A program made the position numbers and the translations under genes. The notes beneath the pieces are model-generated. The model was not told the DNA's origin. It made no database searches and saw nothing but the letters and a program-made list of their open reading frames with translations. Below, in pieces: positions 22,854 through 32,339 of a stretch of 32,458 nucleotides of DNA (positions within the stretch are counted from its first letter, which is position 1; each line of letters starts with the position of its first letter). The DNA is from Catajapyx aquilonaris (lineage: Eukaryota), in assembly GCA_000934665.2 (NCBI GenBank), contig KZ539134.1:1-32458 (forward strand), given 5' to 3'.

Positions 22854-23872
22854 CTGTGGAAGGAGAAATCAAATAATTAGCCTACAAAGGCAATCTCTGG
22901 CTTGTAAAAAACTTTTGTAACACAGATTTGGTTTACAGTATGTTTTTTTTGTCTATGCGAGATGTTCAGTACATGTGCAATGAACATTGCATAAGTGCTG
23001 GTATAGGTATTGTACAGTGTACAAGGCTACAAGTCATTTTATGTAAGGTAATGCGACCTATAATGGGGTCCTATAGCCTTGATCTGGGATTTGAGGAATT
23101 TGTACACAAATAGCTCAACCAAACCTATAAACACGCATTCCACCACTTTTCAGCACCAAAGTGTTATTACTCGATAACTTATTGCGGGTTTAAAAGTTAC
23201 TCTCAAATTGGCGAGAGATGCTCATTGTACCTTACTAAGCGAGTATATAACGAGACTGCGGGGACCAAATGACACCGTGCTACATAAAGTGATAATGTGG
23301 CGCCCGGATGGAGATGTTTGTCTATAGTCTAATCTACGAGTATTTATGAAACACCCTGCAGGCTATACCGTAATCTTGTACACTGTGGGAGCTGGGAGGT
23401 CCCAGGTTGGGTTTTTATATTATTCGGCACGATTGTTCTGCATGTCAATAATTATAAAGTTTCGGACTAACGTACACTATACAATCATCAGCACTCTACA
23501 GTCAGATTCTGATCAGAACAACGGTGATAGCATTAAGATCTCTAAGAAAATCAGAATACAGCAAGGTGAAGGTTGAGGAGAAAAAACCAAAGGAAAAACC
23601 CCTCCATCTTGAAATAACATATAAGTATAGGGTACTATAGGATAAGTTTGTTCGAAACTTTTTTGACTGATAGTACTGAACGCAGAGTATGCCTACGTTA
23701 TAACAATTTAATAAGGGATCGACAACAAAAAGGGATGTCTAAAACAATAATATTCTAATTTTGGATGTGCCAATCGCCTTGAAAAAATAACCTTGATCGA
23801 ATTGTGTATAGGACATATTGTAGAATGTTTTACAAAGTTTCCTCCCGGTTTCACACATTGTAGAGCAGCACC

Positions 23873-23934
23873 TTTTTGCACTTATATCAAAAGTGTTACA
23901 TACTGAAGTATCACTTTTGATATAAGTGCAAAAA
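23873..23934. repeat. Perfect 23-bp stem hairpin
   Basis: TTTTTGCACTTATATCAAAAGTG - 16 nt - CACTTTTGATATAAGTGCAAAAA. Confidence 0.9.
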
Positions 23935-24050
23935 AATCGAATTTATTTTGAGCTCAAAGAATTGAATTGCGTGATATAGAATGTAGTCAAAAGAGGAGTG
24001 TTTTCAACATTATGAGGGTGCGATACCTCCACTTACCAGCAATGGTGAGG

Positions 24051-24379
24051 TTACTCAAGAGGCAAAGTCCTCCCGCAGTTTTGAGGCTGGATTGGGTTGA
24101 AGAAATAGGGTGGTGTCAGAGGCGCCACAAAATTCTGGAACACTTCGGGACGCGAACACTTCATGAGAAACAGAGGCAGAGGATCAGGAGGCTGCTGGTG
24201 AGCTGGAGAGGCTCCAGTCGAGGATGTGGGTCTAGGTGGCTGCTGATTGTCCACCACTGCAAGTTGCTGCTGGCGGTAGTAGGCAGCGCACTGGTGGTAA
24301 TAGTAGTTGAAGTACTCAGGTGAGAAGGGTGCTCGGAGAGTGGTGTCGTGAATTGCCAAAGAGCGAAGTTCAGATTCGG
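24051..24379 (-). CDS. dsx: doublesex-family gene, coding exon 4 (post-OD2 C-terminus)
   Basis: TTGCAG|CC acceptor in phase 1 gives RIKE-A-ESELRSLAIHD, continuing the OD2 helix as I recall from non-insect dsx (RIxEAxxELRSxA). Tyr/Gln/Pro-rich tail. TAA at 24053-24051. Confidence 0.72.
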
Positions 24380-24403
24380 CTGCAATATTATTGAAGTGGT
24401 TAT

Positions 24404-24754
24404 AATAATAATAATAATAATAATTTGTGGGTAATGCTTTCACCCCTACCGGGGTATATAGCATGGACCTTTATTGTATTTTGAGATGTTAAGTACATGG
24501 TGCCTATTTAATGAAAGCCCGGGCCCACGGGCAGGATGACAGGAGGGGATGTGCAAGTGCAGTGCGGTAACGGTGCTTGGTCGTTTTTGTGAACTCCCCC
24601 GGGTGGTTTAGTCTGTGGATATACCACCCGAGACGAAGCCAGAGACGACCCCAGAACTCTGCACGAGATGAAGGGGGTGTCCCCGGGCGGGGATCGAACC
24701 CGGGACCTTAACATCCGTGGGCGCGCACGTTACCGCGGCGCCACTCCGTCTCCC
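24404..24754 (-). mobile_element. tRNA-derived SINE, family A head and body with an alternative 3' tail, in a dsx intron
   Basis: A box TGGCGCCGCGG, B box GGTTCGATCC. (ATT)n tail. 15-bp TSD TATTGAAGTGGTTAT (24389-24403, 24755-24769). Confidence 0.9.
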
Positions 24755-25155
24755 TATTGAAGTGGTTATCTGGAGAAGTCGGCATAAATAATAAATGACA
24801 TCCATTCAACCATTGACCATTCAACCGGGCCTACAGTAAGTTCAACAAAATAATTATTAATGCGTGACAGCATTTTATTGAAGTAATTGTTAGCCACGTA
24901 TTATAGTATGGGCCACGGTCTTAGAGGTATGGACTGATACGCAGGGTCAATAATAACCACTTTTATGAATGCGTGCTGAGAAATGTAAATACTGTATCAA
25001 TTAGACTAATTAATTGCCCCGTTTAGGAAATTGGACATTTTCTATTCATTTTTAGCTTCCTCTGTAAGCACAGTTGTCATATTGGCCATCGAATGGGACG
25101 ATCTCACTGTAAACAACATAGAACAGTGTTTGGTCACTTGCGTTGCTGATCATAC

Positions 25156-25296
25156 CTTCTTTAATCCGAGCAGAGGCCAGCTTTACATCAGAATTAGCAT
25201 CCTTTAAGATAACCCATGTGAGGGCCAGAGCATCTGTCGGCACATTAAACATGCTTCGGAGAGCTTGAAGCGCCATTTTCATATTTTCTAATTTGT
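25156..25296 (-). CDS. dsx: doublesex-family gene, coding exon 3 (OD2/Dsx dimerization domain)
   Basis: TTACAG|AC acceptor and G|GTATGA donor (phase 1-1). LRSMFNVPTDALALTWVILKDANSDVKLASARIKE resembles Drosophila LLEKFRYPWELMPLMYVILKDADANIEEASRRIEE. Confidence 0.88.
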
Positions 25297-25480
25297 CTGT
25301 AATGGAATATTGAAAAACACATTATTAATCATAATAATCCAGGAATTAAGCGTTGCACTTTACAATTTCTCTCAGATCAATTTCCTTATTCCTGTCTTTG
25401 CAAATTTCCAAAATGAACTAGCTGTATAGCTACTTGATTTTGGACATATCAACTCCATTACAGAGATGATCGTGTAGTTT

Positions 25481-25808
25481 TTTTTTGTTTACCCCGTGAT
25501 GACCTGTTGGGTCTATAGTGGGGGTGGATTACCACCATTGGGATTTGTTGGATCGTGTTAAGAGAATCTTATTAGTTACTCCAAGGGTAGACTGTAGGAG
25601 GGGATGTGCAAAGTGCATGTGCGCTGTCGTTGAGTAGTCATTTTGTGAACTCCCCCGGGTGGATTAGTCTTTAGGAAATTTCCACCCGAAATGAAGCCAG
25701 AGATGGCCCAACTCTGCACGGATAAAGGTGGGAAGCCCGGGTGGGGATTGAACCCGGGACCTTCATATCCGTGGGCGCGCGCGTTACCGCGGCGCCACTT
25801 CATCTCCC
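25481..25808 (-). mobile_element. tRNA-derived SINE, family A, in a dsx intron
   Basis: Same head and body as 16713-17049. A-rich tail. 16-bp TSD GATGATCGTGTAGTTT (25465-25480, 25810-25825). Confidence 0.9.
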
Positions 25809-26180
25809 TGATGATCGTGTAGTTTGAGTTCTTGGTGGGTGGAATAGCCGGCAAGATAAACCCTATTATTCATTTGTATGAACTAGAAAGCAAAATGAGC
25901 ACATGATTATTTATACTTATAATGGAATCGAATCTCCAAAATCAACATAGGTCAACTTATTTTGGGAATTATAAGTAGCATGATTGCGTGAGAAAGTGCT
26001 ATCGGACTGTAGTACTTTATGCCTATTTCAACTCGATACCTTACACTGCCTGCATCAAGTTCAAGCATGCTTTGAGTCAGATATGTTGAAATGTAGTATC
26101 TGAAGCAACAATGCACAATTCTGTGATCGAGTGAAAGGTTTCATTTAAAAAAACTTGCCTTAACATGTGTAATAAATTAC

Positions 26181-26595
26181 CATAATTGTATGATGCAAAA
26201 TGTGTTGGTGAGGAACTTTGTGGACTTCTGAGTAGGTTGCCTTGCTTTGAATGAAGAGGGATGGTCTTGCGCCGAAGTTCATCCGGTACTGGTAGAGGAG
26301 AAGGAAGTGGTGGTAGCGTCAAGGGCGAGGTCAAAGGTACGGCATCAGTTGAGGAAGAAGTGGAGGGCAGAGATAGTTGAGGGACTTCTGACAATGCTGG
26401 TGATGCAGTTAGCTGAATGGGCTCCACTGATGTAGATGTGGACAAAATAGATGTTGGGGTGGCAGGTGGGGAAACGGACTGAAGATCCGTAGGATGGGAC
26501 ACAGGGTTGATGGGCAGAATGGCATGATTAGATACCTCCTCCACCGACAATTCTCCATTTTCGCAACCATATGCCACACGAACCTCATCTTGCGT
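26181..26595 (-). CDS. dsx: doublesex-family gene, coding exon 2 (end of the DM tail plus Pro/Ser/Thr linker)
   Basis: TTTCAG|ACG acceptor restores RRAQ-TQDE. Donor TATG|GTAATT in phase 1 is compatible with exon 3; the exact donor is less certain. Confidence 0.8.
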
Positions 26596-26702
26596 CTGAA
26601 ATCACAGAGATGACATAACGTTGAAGTACATTCTGATGCACATTATTTATCTACAACTTCATTATAGTGAACATTATGAGGTGAGAAATGAGGGTCATAT
26701 AC

Positions 26703-27086
26703 CTGAGCTCGTCGAAGGGCCACCTGCAGCGCCATGACCCTCTGTCTCTCGGATGTCAAGCGGCATTTATCACACATGCAGTCTCTGTACCTGCAGTACC
26801 GCTTGTGCCCTTTGATAGGGATGTACAACCTGTGGTTGCTGCAGCGGGCACATTTTGGAGTGCGGCTGTTGTTGCGAATTGGCCCTTTTGATTCATATTT
26901 GATTTCGTCCCTGTGAGAGTTCTGTTGGCTCCTGTAGTTACTCTGACACTCAGGCTCTTTATGGAGTAGCTGATGCAGTTGATGACTACGGTATTGTTCA
27001 TGAGGCGAAGTTGCTGGTACCCTAATGACGGTGTGGTTCGTTTCTCTTCCGACGCCTGTCATTGCCACAATAGCTGGTGGAGTCAT
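26703..27086 (-). CDS. dsx: doublesex-family DM-domain transcription factor, coding exon 1. Model complement(join(24051-24379,25156-25296,26181-26595,26703-27086)), 422 aa
   Basis: [54 protein letters not shown] has all 8 Zn ligands. CAG|GTATAT donor. In-frame TAA just upstream of the ATG. 5'UTR acceptor TTTTCAG| at 27190. Confidence 0.93.
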
Positions 27087-27754
27087 ATGATATGAAATTA
27101 TTTATCACTGCATCTAACCTCTGTGAGCGATTTTAGATATTATATGTGCTCCTGTAGACCACAGCGTTTCGTCACAATTCGTTGTTTAATCTGAAAATAT
27201 TTTAGCATAAACTTTAGTATAATATATTTGTAAGTCCCTCACCAGAAGGTTGACAACACCACATCTACATAGTGTCGTCCACTGTTATAGTCCAGTCTCG
27301 ATTATCCAGACTTAATAATTGAGACATTACACTACATGTTATAGAATGATCGCAGGCATATAGTTGGATGTTTTAGTCAGTACTATTCTAAGGCTGAAGA
27401 CATTTATTATTTGGTGAGAATAGATTGAAAAATTGCAAGGAGAAACTGGTTGCTATGTGTCAGGTGACCTATTGTGCTTGTTAAGAGAAGGTTTAGGTCA
27501 CTGTACTGGGACAAACCTGTTAAATAATTTCACTCTAGTGGCGTTACTAACTAAGGCAGGCATTTGAATTAACATTGTTCAAAAATGTAATATTTTGTGT
27601 TAACTCAAGTCACCCCAATGTCACTTAGATCGCTCAAACGTGAGCCTCATTGAATATCAATAAATAGGCTAATTAAGGACCTGGAAATATTAAATGATGG
27701 TTGGTATCAGGTATACAATTGCGTGTAGGCCTACACATAATTTACATTCTTAGA

Positions 27755-28021
27755 CCGAAGCAAGTTGGTGTGGTGGTTAAGGAGCCCGACTGCTAATCGG
27801 GAGGTCCTGGGTTCGAATCCCGGGGCCGGCAACCCTGACCGTGGTTTGCTGTGGTTTTCCATGGTCCCCCCAAGATAATTCCGGGGTTGTTTCCGTATAA
27901 AAGGCCACAACCGCCTCCTTCCTTCCCTATCCTTGACCCCATCTAATGGTGGTACTCCACCCCCCTAATGGAGCGCCGCGCCGTTTCTCCCAATGGGGCA
28001 TAAATAAATAATTTAAAAAAA
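27755..28021 (+). mobile_element. tRNA-derived SINE, family B
   Basis: A box TGGTGTGGTGG, anticodon arm CCCGA-CTGCTAA-TCGGG, B box GGTTCGAATCC. Tail shared with family A. TSD TACATTCTTAGA / TACATTATTAGA. Confidence 0.85.
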
Positions 28022-28062
28022 TACATTATTAGAATCAGAGTGCAGAGTTCCCCTCAGTGGAA

Positions 28063-28148
28063 TATTATTACATAATCAACGTGTTGCATGTCCCACTGTA
28101 CGTATGTAGATGACTTTACATGATATACACGTTGATTATGTAATAATA
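28063..28148. repeat. Hairpin or mini-MITE with perfect 22-bp arms
   Basis: TATTATTACATAATCAACGTGT ... ACACGTTGATTATGTAATAATA. Confidence 0.85.
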
Positions 28149-28480
28149 CTACAGTAGTCCGGGATGTGTGGGAACCTGCATCAATTTATTCTCTGAAGAG
28201 TGCCAGTTAATTATGGACAGTAGCCTACTGCATGCAATTTTCGTATAACTTATGAAAATGTTTTGTTCTAATGAAGTATCCTGTTACTAAAACAGCACTC
28301 TTGCTGTTAGGTTCATTGCTGACAACAATCAATAAGGAGAATGAATCCTCCATAATAATATTATCATCGTCTATTCTAGCTTTCTAGCTTCTAGCATTTA
28401 GAAATGGGTTTGAATAGTTACTTAAAGTAGAAAAAGAGCACATGGTAATGCCCATTCATGTTTGAATATATATAACTGTA

Positions 28481-28520
28481 CAGTTATGGGGCCCCTAATA
28501 TATTAGGGGCCCCATAACTG
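28481..28520. mobile_element. 40-bp perfect palindrome, probable TIR-only Tc1/mariner derivative
   Basis: TA-CAGTTATGGGGCCCCTAATATATTAGGGGCCCCATAACTG-TA. Confidence 0.7.
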
Positions 28521-28680
28521 TACGTTGCTGACGTTGCGACCTGAAAAGGGTTGGGAACCACTGCTGTATAGTATACTAACAACCTTGGCCTGTAGACCGT
28601 TGTTCCGGTTGTTCCTACTTATCTGCATATGAGAGATGGCCATCCGTGGCCCAGGGGTTCATACGAACCGTTGCGGAAGG

Positions 28681-28986
28681 GAGTAGGGTTGATAGGCACG
28701 CGGAAGGCGGGAGGGTGAGTAGTGGCCGGGGATAATGGCTGTGTCGCAAACGTAAGGATGCAAGTATTGATTTTTTGAATTTTGTAATGACAGACCGAAT
28801 GTGGCAGGGGAAGTGGTATGCTGTACCAACCCAACCCAACCCAACCTTCCTTCGTTGCGGATACAGACCTATCTTCAGCGCATACACGCCTATCCTTCAG
28901 CCTGCCTGCTCCGTGTTTGAGACACAGCCATATCCCCCAGCCACCACTCACCCTCCCGCCTTCCGCGATGCCTATCAACCCAACTC
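28681..28986. mobile_element. Foldback element with GC-rich arms of about 70 bp and internal (CCAAC)n
   Basis: 28681-28751 pairs with about 28915-28986. Boundaries and TSD unresolved. Confidence 0.7.
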
Positions 28987-29050
28987 TATCCGATTTGGTG
29001 TTAAATTAGTAATGTATTAAATTTTTTAAATAATATTTTAAATCTACATT

Positions 29051-29510
29051 CAGGGTGAGCGAATGACCTTGGACCCCCGAAAGACGTAATGATCAACAAC
29101 AGCACCGCACAAACACTGCACGCAGAGCTCAAAAATATAAATCGTAGATCTGTGGCCTGCGTGTGCCTACTAACGATATGCGTGCAGCGCCAGGTTGATT
29201 TCGACACTTATTGGCCGACCGCACTTGCTTTACTAGCAACTGCCTCGCGTATACGTGTCTGACACCTGTGCTTCAGTTACACCCAACACAGCCCTACTGC
29301 AAAACACCTACAGGCACTGAAATCTATATTTTTTCCACACGAATATGATTTTATTTCAACAATATTTTGCTTTCAAAAACTGAATCTTTGTCTTTGAAAT
29401 AATGTAATCAAAACATTCATTCGTTCATTCGTTCATTATTCATCACGGCATTGTCCCATGATGGGAGATTTGGATTTTTAGTTTTGTGACCTAATCATAC
29501 GGACACCCTG
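29051..29510. mobile_element. Degenerate Tc1/mariner-like MITE
   Basis: CAGGGTGAGCGAATGA ... TCATACGGACACCCTG. Flanks are TT/AA, not TA. Confidence 0.4.
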
Positions 29511-30852
29511 AATTAGAATAGGTCTACTGGTAGCAGTTGAAAGTAACTGCTACGACTTCACGCTTTATGCTGTTTCCTTTTATGAGGCCAAAAATAGCAA
29601 TAGCCGAATAGTGTTTGTAATGTTATTTCAACCCAGCACGCCTGCCAAAATATAGGTTTGTGGCGGCCATTTTTTGTAGTAAATCGATATGTGGGCCATA
29701 GTTTGGGTCACTGTCGAGGCTCATACTGTATATGCATTTAGAAGCCATAATTAGGTTGAAATACCCCCAAGTTGCTTATTTTTCTACTCTAAAAGAGGCA
29801 TATAGGCCTACAGTAAGGCCTCTTACAAAGCGTGAAGATTATTCTTGCTGTCACTTTCAAATGCTACAAGGAAAAAAATACTTTCTAGCTCCTGGAAATT
29901 ATTTTTGGTGCTAAAATGCGACATTTTCTATCACGTGACAATTACATGATAGCAAGGATGGTCGCCATATTTGTTACATATGGCGATCATTATTAGCCAG
30001 TGATGCTACGTCAAGAAAAATATTGTTAACATAATACATTTTATGTGCATATAGGACTGAACTGTTCCCTGACTCCCCACCAAAAAAACTGTGTGACGTA
30101 AAGTGATACAGAAATGAACCTATTTACTGTAGGATGTCCGTAACATTCCTCGAGAGTTAGTACCTGTGCGTAACTGAGATGATCTGTAGGTGGCGATGAT
30201 GGGTAATGTAACTTGACGAATACTGCGTAGATATTCAAGCCTAACTACACCATGTGAATGCTTCTCACTATACTGCACTTCCTCACTCTGGGTATTCAGA
30301 GAGTAACCCATTATTATTGTTTTTTTTTACATAAGTTAATATTCTTCTCTTTCAACATGCTTGACTCATGAGTGTCGTCATGACTAAGTTTTTGTTTTGA
30401 ATTTTGTACATTATGGAATAGCAGTACTGTACAATGAGTACGTATTTGGAAACACGCGACGTAGGCTACAATTATTTCTTGATGAGGTAAGAAAGGGGGG
30501 GGGGGGGTATCGTGAGGGTTTTACATTTCTTGCCTTCAAAAACAAAGGTGTTATGGAAATTTGTTTCATAATGCATAGCTGAGATTATTCTTTAGCAGAT
30601 TTTTGCTAATAATAATTAGAGAGCGACGTTTAGAATTTTACTACTAACAAATTTTAATACATTGTGAATATTTTGGGCTTAAAGTTGATCTTACAAATAT
30701 TAATTTGGATATTTCCACAAATGACTACCGGTACACAAGAAAGGCTTGGTGAAAATGTCAATATACTCTTTTTTATTTTGTAGAGAATTTGAAGAGAATA
30801 TTCACTGCAGTGACTATTGTACTGTATGAACCAATTAATTTAACATTCAGTG

Positions 30853-31191
30853 GGGTAGATGTGGTGGCCGAGATGGTAACGTCTCGGCTTGCTGAGTGAA
30901 AGGTCCCAGGTTCGATCCCCGCCTGGGAGTTCCCTTTCACCTGCGTCGGGAGGGTCTCTGACCTGCACCTTGGAGGTGTCTGGCAACCTAACCTTCTGGG
31001 GAACAGCACATGACCCCATATCAGACATTGCACTTGCACCCATGTTCCCTCCCAAAAATCCCAATCCTTATACCCCATGTCCTTTTATCCTTTTGCCGGA
31101 GTTAGAAGAAAAATCAGAAAATTGAAGGAAAAATGGTGGTATTCCACCCCCTATGAGGGCCTCTGGCCCTATCACGGGGTAACGTAAAAAA
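30853..31191 (+). mobile_element. tRNA-derived SINE, family C, full length
   Basis: A box TGGCCGAGATGG, B box GGTTCGATCC. Shared tail plus A-run. 17-bp TSD TAATTTAACATTCAGTG (30836-30852, 31192-31208). Confidence 0.9.
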
Positions 31192-31315
31192 TAATTTAAC
31201 ATTCAGTGCAATATATTCAATAATGGCTGCCTCCACTCGACATTTAATCCAAAACATTATGAAATTACCACTTAGTCCCTGCACTAATATCACAAACTTT
31301 TAAGTTAATGGGCAA

Positions 31316-31487
31316 AACACGGGTGCTTGTGCAATGTCTGAATACTGGGTCATGTTCAGTTTCCCTGGAGGTTAGGTTGCCAAGGCGCGGGTCAGAGACG
31401 CTCCTGACGCAGGCGAAAGGGAGCTCCCGGGCGGGGATCGAACCCGGGGCAAGCCTAGTCATTACCAACTCGCCACCAAGCCTCCCC
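31316..31487 (-). mobile_element. tRNA-derived SINE, family C, 3'-truncated
   Basis: Aligns inverted to about 30853-31045. TSD AAGTTAATGGGCAA / AAGTTAATAGGCAA (31302-31315, 31488-31501). Confidence 0.8.
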
Positions 31488-31986
31488 AAGTTAATAGGCA
31501 ATTTGGTTTTACAGTAGGGAATATACAAGTGCAAAAAAATTAATAGAATTATTGAACATAGTGTACACTTCTATTACACCAGTAGGCCTACACCATCAAA
31601 CTGTCAACAATTGCAACGCGGATTAGAGCCATAGTTTTACAAGTCTGTAATATTACCAAGAAAGTATCATGTCACTTTTTCAGATGCTGTTATTACTAGC
31701 AACAATAAAATCCACGTAAAATAGCAGTCCATTGCAAAACCAATTGTTCTTGGACGCCATATTTTGCAATTTTAAAAATTCACTATTTCGAGAAAACTGA
31801 CAAGGGAAGGTCACGGGGTGATAATGTCGGATCTTGATGAAATTGGACATGCTAATACAGGACAATATATGATGCCCAAAAATGAAATATTTCGTGCTGA
31901 CGTCCATATTTGCAAAAGTTATGACGTCTTAAAGTTCCAAAAATAATACATTTTCATACTCCATGGGATTACATTAGCGACCACAT

Positions 31987-32339
31987 ATAATGACATTGAA
32001 GTGTGTAATCAGTTTCTAGACCTTTTCTCATCGGAAAAAAGTCCTACAGAACTGCTCTGGCCGTCCGTCCGTCCGTCTGTGGACAGGTATAAAGGCCTAA
32101 ACCATAAGAGATAGCGACAAACGGTTTTCATATTCGGATTGAGAGTGACCAAAATAGGTTTCATGGTCAACTTCTGGTGACCCGCCACTTCCGGTCTTCC
32201 GGGTTCACTCTATCCGCACAAGTCTATACTTTAGTGAATGGTTCATACAGAAACACATATTGCAATGTGCACAACAAAAGAAGCTCATCTCATCACGAGA
32301 AAAGGTCTAGAAACTGATTACACACTTCAATGTCATTAT
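31987..32339. mobile_element. Element bounded by perfect 43-bp inverted repeats with an internal (CCGT)n run (DINE-1/Helentron-like core)
   Basis: 31987-32029 is the exact reverse complement of 32297-32339. CCGTCCGTCCGTCCGTCTGT at 32061-32080. Confidence 0.65.

Noticed and set aside
23480..23640. Purine-rich, exon-like plus-strand stretch (KVKVEEKKPKEK)
   Set aside because: Short, unidentifiable and without convincing splice partners.
23967..24323. 118-aa plus-strand ORF
   Set aside because: Antisense shadow of dsx exon 4.
25052..25155. Intron read-through after OD2 (GMISN…FYVVYSEIVPFDGQ…) faintly resembling the insect female tail GQYVV…YDG
   Set aside because: Spacing does not match and the donor GTATGA is adequate; worth only an intron-retention check.
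27569..27581. ACAWTGT DM-binding cores here and elsewhere as autoregulatory sites
   Set aside because: Such 7-mers are expected several times by chance in 32 kb of AT-rich DNA, and the flanks are off-consensus.
27760..27831. Functional tRNA gene (likewise the other SINE heads)
   Set aside because: Acceptor stems are mispaired, and the heads are fused to SINE bodies and bounded by TSDs.
28533..28563. hAT/Charlie-like end GTTGGGAACCACTG
   Set aside because: A lone terminus with no partner TIR or TSD.
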